Both the position numbers and the translations under genes were made by a program. DNA of 64,000 nt from positions 82,708,001 to 82,772,000 of the forward strand of contig NC_092346.1 in assembly GCF_963676685.1 (NCBI RefSeq). The letters run 5' to 3'. The notes below the pieces were generated by a model, which saw only the letters and a program-made list of their open reading frames with translations, did no database searches and was not told the origin of the DNA. Shown piece by piece: positions 49,785-61,848 of the stretch (within the stretch, counting starts at the first letter, position 1; every line of letters starts with the position of its first letter). Origin of the DNA: Mytilus edulis. Its lineage: Eukaryota.

Positions 49785-52700
49785 CTGTAACATAAATTTG
49801 TTCATTATCTAAAATGCTATTTGCATTATTATTTAGTTTTAAACATCAATAAACTATTGTAAAGATGTTTATTTGAACCACTCGAACTGTATTTGTATAT
49901 ACATCAATTCGAAGAACTTTGACTAAAAGTGGTGCACTGTAACATGGATGGTTTGAATACACCGCTTTTCATTAAAAAAAAATAAAAAGTATAGTGATTT
50001 CTGTTACAGATATCTAAAGCTCTCCAATTATTTCGGTTTTTATACATTCTTAATTGAATTTCAAGAATTTGGCTACAAGCATGCCTGGTAATCGTTAATA
50101 AAAAAAAGTGTTATTCTCATTATTTTAATGTTGACCTGCAGTATTGCAGATTGGAATCCTAAAATGTCTTAATGTGTGTCTGGTCTGGGAAAGGCAACAT
50201 CTTTAATTGGCTTTTAACTTATACAACTTTTATCATATTATGATATTATGATAATTCTGAACTTTTAAATATGTGTATGATCATTCTAGTAAAATGCAAT
50301 ACATCATGCCTAAAACTTACCCGTTTTCGGAACATGGCCTGAAAAATATTTAACCTACAAAAGTTAGTTACGTGCATATATCGAGAGCTCGTTTCACAAA
50401 AGTGTCTTTCAATCTGATGGTATTTTTATTAGGTCAACAAAGGATAATTCTAAAATAAGTAATGTATTAAATTACGACATCACTAAAGTAACATGTTTCT
50501 TTACACAACATGTATCAATGCGCTGTTACAGACAAATAAATAGTTGATAAAGTAAATTAGTGCCATCAGAGATCATCAGAAAGTATGTGAAAATAGCAAG
50601 CTTTGAAAGTAAAAGTAGATCATAGCAGTAACTGTTGTGAAGTCATACGATTCGTTTGTTTGTTTGTTTTTGTTTTATTTTGCTGATGGTTCCGGACTTG
50701 ATGATTAACATTTTGGCAGAGTTAAGCCTATTCGTATTTTTTTCTATTCTTCATTATGATAAACAAAGCAACTAAATTAAAGAGCCCAATATATGCTATA
50801 CACGGTTAAAGATTAAAAAGAGAGTAAGAAAGAAAAGTAAATATGATAGACCGAAAATTGAAAACGCATTCATCAGATTGGCATTTGCGTCATGGCAAAG
50901 AACATCTTATTTACTCTACTAGACATCAATCATCTCATGGGTCAAAGACAATGTATTTAATTAAATTATAGAAAAAGCTTGATCTAAGATTAAAATTCAG
51001 AAGACCAAAATAATAGTTGCCAAGAAAAGATCAACAGCACATATTTGTAAACCAAAATATTACTTCTACATGAAAATTGGAATTTTGAAAACATTACTGG
51101 ACAATTAATTTTTTGATAAACATTATTTTTAAATAACAATTAATTCAGCAACAAAATACGAGCTCCTCTGGTGACAAAAATTCGCAAAAGCTAAACCATT
51201 ACAAATACATCCGAGCTCCAATCGAAAGGGCGAGATACTAGACAAAGTACAGTTATAGTACCTTGACAATCACTTTCATCAGAACCATCCGAACAGTCTA
51301 CAATACGATCACATATCCATGCTGTATACACACACTTCTTTCCATGATCACATGAGACCATACCTGTGGCACACTGTATGCGTATTACTGGTGCTTTAGT
51401 TGTAACTGTAACATAAACATTGATACAGAATTAAGACATCATATCATTATATTACGTAAGTAAACTTTTAAATGACTGTAGATGGTAAAAACTTTTTAAA
51501 ATAAACAGTATTCATTTTTTTTTATTATCATATACTATACTAGTCATCTCAAGTCTTCTTTTTTTTTGGAAAGGGTACATCTATATTTTAGCATTTGTGC
51601 TTTTATTTTATTTTCTTAGAAATTTGAAATTATTATTAGTACTTATATATTGATCATCTTTTGATGGCCATTCTTTTTATTTTATATTTCACATATTGTA
51701 TATTAACATTTAAAAATCACATCGTGGCTTGTTCAAACTTGATTTCTCTACAAACAATTGTGAATCCAGCGTTTATGGTCGGGTAAAGTATCTCTATCAA
51801 CTTGCACGAACCATTCAATGAAAAATTTGCTTTCACATTCATATTCTAAAAAGAAAAAAGTACCTTTCTACCAGAACCTTGATGTATAAACCATGAAATA
51901 TGGTATAATTTCAGATGATAATATTAACAATCAAACCCGTGGTTATTCGTAACTTGAGTAAAGGGGCTGATGCTGGAATTTTCTCATATTAGCAATGCAG
52001 ACGTGTGTTGGCACTGGAACTTCAGTATTATTTGCAGAAATGATTCGCCTACTGCTACATAAAGGGGGTAGACTAGTGATCAGTTTCACAAAAAGTCTTA
52101 CATCTAAAGTTGAACAATTCTATATACTCTAGTCGTAAGATTATTTGTGAAACTGAACACTGGAATGTGGTAGAAATGCGACATTAATGAGGGAAACGCT
52201 ACAGCCACAGAGTTGGAAATAATTTTCAAATTTTCAAATATTTTTCCAGGAAAAGGGGAACAGAAAACCTATAGCTATATAAAACAATACAATATGGAAA
52301 ATCAGCGTGTTGTAAACTCGATTATTCATATGTCTGTGTAATAATGTTCCTTGTATTGTCCGAGCAGCATCGGGTCGTAGGTTCACAGTTCTAATTTACG
52401 AAGGTGGAAACATTGTCTCATTATTTTATTTAGGAAATTTTTAAAGTGTATCACGTTTTACATGAAAAAGGTCCTGGAAATTTTTGTTAAAGAAAAATCA
52501 CAAAAGTACTGAACTCCGAGGAAAATTCAATCGTAAAGTCCCTATTCAAATGGCAAAATCAAATGACAAAACACATCAAACGAATGGACAACAACTTTCA
52601 TATTCCTGACTTTGTACATGCATTTTGAAATGTAGAAAATGGTGGATTGAACCTGGTTTTATAGCGCTAAACCTCTCACTTATATGACAGTCGCATCAAA

Positions 52701-55700
52701 TTCCGTTATATTTACAACGATGCATGAACAAAACAGACATAATAAATAAAAGTCAAAATATTGGTACATCAGTCATCAGTCACTGTGTTACAATTTCAAA
52801 AATACAATCATTTACAAGAAAGCACAAAAACCCCACCTCTAATATCTTGATTATGAGAAAGCAATTGCTTTCATCTTTTCAGTTGCATAATCATAAATTT
52901 ACTAAAAATTCTGGCTTTAGGAAGTCCGTAAATACGTTACACATACTCTTCTGACCTAAGTCTTTACACTATACACAGTCTTTATAATCCGATAATATTC
53001 ATGTGAGTAAGAAATGTATAAAACAAAATACCGATTTCAAAGGTAAATTAAGAAAGAGGATGTCGAATAAAAACTGACAAAATCAAATGTTATCAATCAC
53101 ACGAATCAACAGAACAAGTGAAAACAATAAAAAAAAAATGAAATGCTGTGTGTTCATATGTTTCTTACCAAGTGTCTATTATGAATAACATAGTTTAACC
53201 CTTTTTCATCTTTTTTTTTCTTTTTCTATCTCATGTATTGTTTAACAAAAAAAATGATAAAGATAAACGTTTTAAAGTTGTTGTTTTTTTTGGCAAAATA
53301 GTTTTCATCTACAGTTTTCCTGTTGAATTTGCCTCCAACTAATGCGGTTTATTTTGGATTTTTTTTTTGGTGAATTTTCAAAGAGGATAGAAAACTATTT
53401 TTTTTTTTAACGTGTTCAAATTTTAAATGATAAAATAAACAAACACGTCATAAGGGAAACAATGAACATTGCATAAAATATTGCAATCAATATTATAGGT
53501 TTAAACTACCTGGAATTAATATCGAATTTTCTTCATGTTGTGAAATATACCATTTTAAAGACAATTTCAAGAAGAAGACGCTTTACCAAAGTAAGTATAA
53601 TTTAACGGAATATGAAGATTATATTATAAATTAGAATTACACTTTATAAATAAAATGAACAGCAAGTGTATGTCCTAATAATAACAGATTTAGATATATG
53701 ATAAAATTGAACATCCCTTTTCTTAATTAGAAATAGCATGAAAAGAATTGTTCATCTAGTTTACATTTACACAATGTATATAGATAAATATGATTGAATG
53801 GATATTCTAATGGCATTAGCTTGACTGCTTCATACAAAACTAGTATTTCTACTTTCGTTTTATTGATAACATTTTATTAATTGGATGAAAGGTCTTGTTT
53901 TTTTCTGATTTTTTTTTTACATTTTGAATACTAACCGCCAAGCATAAACAATCACATTTTAATAATTATGTGTCTTATATCGAAATAGGGTATCAGCTAC
54001 TGCATGTTTATCGTCTCTTTAAACAGAGGTAGTTAATTAGTTCAAACGCATTGATGCACATATGCGATAACTATTTACTATATGGTAATATACAACTATA
54101 TCTTACATTAATAAAGTCTTCAACTAGAATTTTGGCAATGATATTTTTATAGACCGTCTTTACAACCCCATAATATTCACGTGAGGTAGAAATGTATAAA
54201 ACAAAATACCGATGTCCAAGATAAATAGGGGGAAGTCAATAAAAACTGACAACATCAAATGTTATTAATCACATGAATTAACGGAACGAGTGAAAACAAC
54301 TGTCATATTCCTAGCTTGGTACAGTCATTTGAGTGAAAACAACTGTCATATTCCTGACTTGGTACAGTCATTTGAGTGAAAACAACTGTCATATTCCTGA
54401 CTTGGTACAGAATTTGAGTGAAAACAACTGTCATATTCCTGGCTTGGTACAGTCATTTGAGTGAAAACAACTGTCATATTCCTGACTTGGTACAGAATTT
54501 GAGTGAATACAACTGTCATATTCCTGGCTTGGTACAGTCATTTGAGTGAAAACAACTGTCATATTCCTGACTTTGTACAGTCATTTGAGTGAAAACAACT
54601 GTCATATTCCTGGCTTGGTACAGTCATTTCAGCGAAAACAACTGTCATATTCCTGGCTTGGTACAGTCATTTCAGTGGAAACAACTGTCATATTCCTGAC
54701 TTGGTACAGTCATTTGAGTGAAAACAACTGTCATATTCCTGACTTGGTACAGTCATTTGAGTGAAAACAGCTGTCATATTCCTGACTTGAAATTGGCATT
54801 TCCCGACGACATTGGTGGGTTATACCTTTATATAGTTTAACCTCCCATTTGTATACTAGTTGTCTATAGTTCCAATATCGACAAAATTAGACGAGAAGGA
54901 CCAGGTTCAATCCACAATGTTTTCTTAAAATGTCCTGTACCAAGTCAGGAAAATGGCAGTTGTTATCTTATAGTTCGTTTCTCTGAGTTTTACATTGTCG
55001 TTTGGATTTTTGTAGGACTTTAATGTTTACAAAACTCTGAATTTTTGAAATAATAATAAGGCTTTTCTATCTCAGGAATAGATAACCTTAGCTGTATTTG
55101 GCAAAACCTTTAGGGATTTTGGTCCTCAATGCTCTTTAACTTCGTAATTTATTTGACTTTTAACATATTTTTTTTATTCAAGCGTCACTAATGAGTATTT
55201 TGTAGACGAAACGCGCGTCTGGCGCAAATATAAAACTTCCATTCTTCAATCCTGGTATCTATGATGAGTTTATTTAGTGTTTCTGTTGTTTCGTTGTTTT
55301 CCTCTTATAATTGATGTGTTTCACTTGGTTTTAGTTTGTAACCCAGATTTTTTTTCCTCTCAATCGATTTATAACTTTCGAACAGCGGTATACTACTGTT
55401 ACCTCTATAGTGTTACTATACAAATCATTGCAACCATCAGAAACAACAACTATTATTGGGAAGCAGCAGCCAAAACTAAATTAACATGCACAACAACTGA
55501 TCAAAAATTCAAACAAAAGTACAAATAAATCTAACAGAGACGCACATAAAAAAGTTTAAGTAGTTGATGCCATTTTGTTTTTTACTTTAACATGTTTGTT
55601 TGTATTCTATATATTGTATCCTATAGTTCGTTTCTATGTATGATGGCGTTTGCTTTTGTTGCACTTCAGTGTTCCTGTTGTTCCTTTGTTTTATAGTTGA

Positions 55701-58700
55701 TGTGTTTCCTCGGTTTTAGTTTGTAACCCGGAATTGTTTCTTTCGATCGATTTATGATTTTTGAACACCGGCATACTACTGTTTTCTTTATCTATAGTGA
55801 TTAAGATTATAACACAATGTTGACTGCTGTACTACTATTTTGGATATTTGTACTAATTATGTCTGTTTGTTTTGTTCACACATTTTTGTGTAGATAATTG
55901 AATTGTATACGACTGGTACAAAAGGCTGAGGTTTTAATATTAAGCAACAAAACTATGCTTCATCCAACATTATTTACACAAGGAAATGCCTGTACCAAAC
56001 CAGAAATATGACAGCTGTCTTCCATTCGTTTGATGTGTTTAAGCTTTTGATTTTGCAGTTTGATAAGTTCCTTTTAGTTTTGAATTTTCCGTTGAGTTCG
56101 GTATTTTTGTTATTTTACTTTTGACAAATAAAAAAAGTTCTTGAAGTTGATAGTACACACCGTATTTAGCTTGTTTACCACTTCTAGATAAAGTACAAAA
56201 TGTGAAGATTATTATCAGTAACATTTAAAAGTTAAAATTCTCAATGCTCTTCAAATTTGCAATTGTTTGGCTTTCTACATATTTTGATATGAGCGTCACT
56301 GATGAGTCTTATGTAGACGAAACGCGCGCCTGGCGTACTAAATTATAATCCTGGAACCATTGATAACTATTCTGTCTTCCAAAAACATAAGAATACCAAT
56401 GAACCATGTGAAACTCAAAATCTAATTGGTCTACACATGGGAGTAATATCAATGGCAATATTAACGTCGACATAAAACTTCCATGGTTCACTAAAGTCGT
56501 GTAAGAACTATCAAGTACTATAATAATTTGTTGTCAACATTAATGAAAATGAAATTTGGTAATGGGGTGTCCTTACGGTAGTGTATGTAACTAAAGAGAT
56601 AACAAAAAGGGAGAGAGGACAAAATTGATGAGATTCTTGAACTGTCCTCAAGTTCTCAAAGTAAATTTGTACATAATATCAACAAGAAATAAAATAAAGC
56701 CATGTGTGTCTTATTGCAAACTAATTGATTAAAATATGATTAAGATATGCAACATTTGAAAAACAGCAGTATAATTATAATAAAAAGTATGTATTACAAC
56801 TTATAAACTTTAAGTCAGGAATATAACAGTTGTCCATTCGTTTGGTGTGTTTGGGTGATTGATTTTGTCAATAGAAGGGACTTTCTGAATTGAATTTTCG
56901 TTTGAGTCCGGGTAATTTATAATTTTTACTTTTCTTTTATATATTTAATATCTATTTTATATTTAATAATTAAGTTAATGATGTTGTCCCGTTTCTGATA
57001 AAAAAAAATGTGGGAAATGTTCAAATATTGATGTTATCATTCAAAAACATGGTCACATTTTCGGTTGAATACAATTGAAGATGAGTTTTCTTAGTTTGGA
57101 TGACATTTACCACACCCTTAGACCATGACAATACATCAAAGATACCAGGGTTATAATTTGGTACTTTTTTCAACATATTTTTAAATCATTGCGCTCGAAT
57201 CCAAACAGTTAAAGTTCACTTTCAAAAACGAATTTGAAGAGCATCAAAAATATAAATCCAAATAAGGCAATATATACATAGGAGTATAGAAATCCCTTAA
57301 TGTTTCAAACTATTCCATATTTTATCAACAGTAAATTTACAGAAAATAAAAATATCAATAATTCTGGTTTTAGATAAGTAAATGGCTTTTTTTTTCATAA
57401 GCAAAAACTTTCAAAGGTCACTCTGCAACATGCAGCCTCTGGTAAAATTAAGAAATCATTATCAAAGGTTGCAATGGTAAATCCACATGACAGCATAACT
57501 AATGAAACCAAAAAAATAGTATTTTTCAACTATTGCTATTGTTATGTATTTTTATACGAAAAAATGAAATGAAGTTGCATTGAATTAGTATTTTTCAACT
57601 ATTGCTATTGTTATGTATTTTTATACGAAAAAATGAAATGAAGTTGCATTGAATTATGTATAAAATATTGGAATTTCACATTTTTCCCACAGCATGAGAT
57701 ATGTAGCAGCATACATGTTGGCTGTGATGGGTGGCATTGAAAACCCATCAGTCGACGATTTGAAGAGGATTATTGGAAGTGTCGGGATTGATTCGGATAA
57801 CGAGAAGATAAATCTTGTAATATCTAAGTTAAAAGGAAAGAACATAGAAGAATTGGTTTTGAAAAGTAAGTATTTCAACCAAATAGCTTCAATTTTTGTG
57901 ACTGTGTATGTTTTTGTATGTTGTATTTTCTCTGTCTTCACTTGATTTTGGAGGGTAGAACTTTCGGTATGATATTTTTGGCACTATCTCTTGTGAGTAT
58001 ATTTCTCTAGAGATTTACTTTTAGAGTTTGGCTTCTACAATTCTATTAAAGAAATAACCTACTGTTAAAGATTTATTTCGAATTCTTAACTGTTAACACT
58101 CAGCGTTGTTTACAATGACAGAAACAATTCTGCAAGATATGTTTGAAACATACGTTTTTTAATTGATAAACTCAATTCCAATAGAAATTTATTTTACGAA
58201 TGAAGTAAAAACAATGAAAGTTGACGACAACTAGTGCAATTTCAGTATTAATGATTCAGAATATTTCGTTTAAACTCACAAAAAGTACCAGATGTAGAAG
58301 ATTGTTCAACAAAATTGTGCACATATCACACATTATTAGTTATTATTGTCTTTGACTGGCTTTAAGTAAGTGCGAAAACTATCATATCTTTACTAAGTAT
58401 CGTGAGTCATTTTATTAATATAGATTAAAATCTAATAAATTACACCGTTGGTTTCCCCATTTGAATGGTTTTACACTAGTCATTTCTGGGGCCCTTTATA
58501 TAGCTCGGTGTGAGCCAAGTCTCCGTGTTGGAGACCGTACTTTGACCTATAATGGTTTACGTTTACAGATTGTGACTTGGATGGAGAGTTGTCTCATTGG
58601 CACTCATACCACATCTTCTTAGTAACGTCTTCTTCAAATATTGAATTGAATGCAGCTGATTTCAAAAGTTATACGAAATGAAAGGAAGTGGCCATAACAT

Positions 58701-61553
58701 TTTGGCAAATACTTTCGCTTTCATTTCGAATAAATTTCCACAGCATTTAATTCTGCTATCAATTACAGGTCAAGGTCTTCTGGCATCTGTATGTGGCGGG
58801 TCAGAATCAACTTGTAATCAGACAGGTACACCTCAAGTAAAAGGTATATTTTATTTAAGTAGTTCTTAATATCAAATGATAATAAAGGAATAACCGATAA
58901 AAACTGGAAATTAAGCCATGAAAAACTAGACACATATAGAAGTATACGCGGTATGGGCTTTGCTCATTGATGAAGGTCGTACGGTGACCTATAGTTTTTA
59001 ATTTCTGTGTCATTTTGGTCTCTTGTGATGAGTTGTCTCACTTGCAATCATACCACATCTTCTTTTTTTATACATAATGAAGATACGGTCTTCAGGTATA
59101 CTCAATCGGTCATCGTTTATTGTATATTTTTTATATAAACAGGAAGTTCCGAATCAGTTATGCATATCTTCCTCTCATTTAGAGTGGAACAACCTACGAA
59201 AGTCAGACCAAATGTATCATTTCTATGTTTACAAAACACAATCCTTGTAAGGAATACATTTTATTGTGAATTCAATTAAGAAAATAACAGACGGAAAAAC
59301 CTGAGGTTCGGCAATTAATCAAACAGAAAGGAAAAACAAATCGACAAGACCTTCAACAAAACAAGCTTTAGTTAAACATAAAGGTTTCAACTCTGGTAAC
59401 CTGGTTTGGCTTCCAGATGCGTTGACCAATATGACTTTCATTTTTGTCATAGGTGATCAATTCACTATAATTCTAAAATATTGGTACTAATGAGAATGAT
59501 GTCCAATTCATGGTCTGTGAAAACAATTTAAAATTTGTTTTAACGGGCTTTCAAATCATACCTCTATGTTCATTAAAACAAATGGAATTCACATAAATGC
59601 GTTGAAATATATAAAAAAAAACGAATGAGAGGTAATGACACGAAGACAGTTCATAGTATCCCAATGCTACACATAAAACAAAAGACTTAAATTGCAAATA
59701 TAACGGTCACAATAAAAAAAAACACCATATTTTTACATGCCATATTCGTGTGAAATCGGGTAACTACCTAAAAAAAGTCTAGGGATTTATGTGTTTCAAA
59801 CACCGGTATACGGTTGGCTTCATTAAGTAACATAAATGATTTCTTGTTGCTACTTTTTTGTGTGTAATTGTAACCGGTACCTATTAAAAATGCAGAAGTG
59901 ATGGGTTGTTTGTCAGCGGAAATACAAAGGACAAATACAAAAATACAATGGTTTAAATGTAGTGTTTAATTTAGTGAGAAAAAACATCTTCTATTACATT
60001 ATGCTGGTCAATGAGATAGATGATAGTATTTAAATAAAAACATGCATTGCGGGTATTACAATAATGCATGATAATGACGAAGACAGATATTGTAAATAGA
60101 TTTCATTTTTCTTTCAGAAGTGTCTAGAGAAGATAAAGAAAAGCCTAATGACAAAGATGATGGCAATGACAGTGATGGGAGTGACGGGAGTGATGTTAGT
60201 TTCGGGTTGTTATTTGACTAATCGTTATGTAAACATTTTGGTTTTATAAACAAATGCGTGTTATTCTTCTCAACAATAACTTAAAATTTATCAAATTTTA
60301 TACCATTTGATGTATTCATACGCAAACTATGTGAGTTTGTGTTTTATATTGAAACTATATACATACACTAAATGCTAGATTAAATTATATGGCTTTATAG
60401 TGTTCATGTATGGGATTTTGGGTGTTATAATGTTTAGTCTTCAAATATTAGCATGATTGTGTTTTCTTGCTTCTACCAATGTAGTAGGAGAATAGTAAAT
60501 CTTAATAAGCTGAATTGATAGTTTTAGTAATACCAGACAAGCAGAAGCAGCATAAGTTTATAGACAAAATTGTCTCGCATTGATATATTCACATACTTTT
60601 TCATGCTCTGATTTAAAAACAAATGTTGTAGATAGAGTTGATACAAAAATGGAGAAATGTTACAAAATTCAAAATTAATTCCTACAATGCTTTCACATTC
60701 TAATTATCATGAAATATTTCTCATAACAACAGTCTAAAAAAAACCTGTCAGTGCCTATTTACTGATATACACTCACCTCGGCAATGATGTTCATCTGACC
60801 CGTCATTACAATCGATGATATCGTCACATCTCCATGTGTTTGGACAACATCTCTCACCATCAGCACACATAAAATCTCCTTTAGCACAAAGTTTCGGAGC
60901 AGAAGTTGTCGTTGTTGTCGTTGGAGTTGTTTTCAGTGTGGTACCTAAAAATCGCTTTCAAAGATGTTACTTTCTTATATAAAAAAATATAACAAATTAT
61001 AACGAATACTTAGATACGGATATGATTTATAGCATACATTTTAAAAATTATGAAAATGGTGGATTAAACCTGGTTTAATAGCTTCTTCGATAGATCCTAT
61101 CATGTCTACATGGCACTGACCCACAGCGATTAATGGCAAATACCCGGAACGACCTGTGTAAAAGAAAGAAGCGGAAGCGATGCCAGAGAGACTAGAATCA
61201 TATTCAAAATAGTGTGGCTGTGGTCATTGATTGACGACCTAAATTATCCCATTGACTGATTGTCTGAATTAAGAGACTAAGTTTTATGAAAAATGGTCGA
61301 AACTATCACACATTGGAGACTTTTCTTCTATTATATGAATTTAAGCAGTGCAAAGATAAGAGAAAGACATCTTGTCTTGATTAGCATTCCGGTGGTAAAT
61401 CATGACTATACTATTGTATACCTTGACATTTCTGTTCGTCTGTATTGTCATAGCAGTCCATTATACCGTCACATCTCCACGAATCTGGGTAACATTTGTC
61501 ATTGTCACACAGGAACTCTTCTTCACCACAATGAGAAGTTTCACGTACCCGGT
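49642..61553 (-). CDS. 3' part of an LDL-receptor class A (LDLa) repeat protein gene; 5' end lies beyond the window
   Basis: Phase 1-1 exons 61553-61422, 60944-60777 and 51405-51262 each carry one LDLa module with the W.CD...DC.D.[ST]DE..C signature; a phase-1 terminal exon follows at 49784-49642. Confidence 0.8.
51262..51405 (-). CDS. LDLa exon C
   Basis: tatgttacag|(V)TTKAPVIRIQCATGMVSCDHGKKCVYTAWICDRIVDCSDGSDESDCQ-G|gtacta. Confidence 0.9.
52073..52163. mobile_element. Short foldback MITE remnant
   Basis: TAGTGATCAGTTTCACAAAAAGTCTTAC mirrored by GTAAGATTATTTGTGAAACTGAACACTG. Confidence 0.6.
54288..54790. repeat. 43-bp minisatellite (~11.5 units)
   Basis: Unit GAGTGAAAACAACTGTCATATTCCTG(A/G)CTTGGTACAGTCATTT. 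Confidence 0.95.
55030..55275 (+). mobile_element. Hammerhead-bearing interspersed repeat (retrozyme/PLE-associated); related copies near 56140-56370, 6932-7085, 47805-47890, 48950-49020, 57140-57300
   Basis: Shared flanks (tcaatgctctt..., then ..aatcctggta(t/c)...tgat) around the hammerhead core in several copies. Confidence 0.65.
55182..55225 (+). ncRNA. Minimal type I hammerhead ribozyme motif (G5->A)
   Basis: GCGUCA CUAAUGA GUAU-UUUGU-AGAC GAAA CGCGCG UC UGGCGC. Confidence 0.75.
56293..56336 (+). ncRNA. Minimal type I hammerhead ribozyme motif (U16.1->C at cleavage triplet)
   Basis: GCGUCA CUGAUGA GUCU-UAUGU-AGAC GAAA CGCGCG CC UGGCGU. Confidence 0.78.
57517..57656. repeat. Tandem duplication, 69 bp x2, just upstream of the P2 acceptor
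   Basis: TAGTATTTTTCAACTATTGC…GAAGTTGCATTGAAT twice. Confidence 0.9.
57694..60221 (+). CDS. RPLP2: 60S acidic ribosomal stalk protein P2-like (divergent paralog), 3 coding exons, ~116 aa
   Basis: Exon 57694-57865 encodes MRYVAAYMLAVMGG...SVGID...KLKGKNIEELVLK. Exon 58769-58843 encodes SQGLLASVCGGSESTCNQTGTPQVK. Exon 60118-60221 encodes EVSREDKEKP...SDGSDVSFGLLFD*. Both introns are GT-AG, phase 1. An acceptor (tttttcccacag|C ATG) just before the start codon implies an upstream non-coding exon. Confidence 0.88.
60777..60944 (-). CDS. LDLa exon B with Thr-rich linker
   Basis: atttttag|(G)TTLKTTPTTTTTTSAPKLCAKGDFMCADGERCCPNTWRCDDIIDCNDGSDEHHCR-G|gtgagt. Confidence 0.92.
61422..61553 (-). CDS. 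LDLa exon A
   Basis: atcacag|..RVRETSHCGEEEFLCDNDKCYPDSWRCDGIMDCYDNTDEQKCQ-G|gtatac. Confidence 0.9.
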
Positions 61554-61848
61554 CTGTGATAAATATCGAAACTAATAGTATATAAAATAGTACAGCTTTA
61601 AGGATATAACGATATTAGTATTAATAAATAATTGCTATTTAATAATTGGTGTAATGAAGCTTATATGAACAATTTCTCGTTGGTAATGAGATAAAAATAT
61701 AAATGGAAAATTACAAAATCTTACAAAAAGAAACAGCATTTGTTTTGTATCCAGTCATTTTAGTTCAATGCTGACTTTTCTAAATCAGATGATTTGAAAG
61801 GATGTTGAAAATTAGATATGCTTTTAAATAACAGTTAGGTTATAATTG

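Noticed and set aside
57694-60221. P2 copy as a processed pseudogene
   Set aside because: It has GT-AG introns, an upstream acceptor and an uninterrupted frame.
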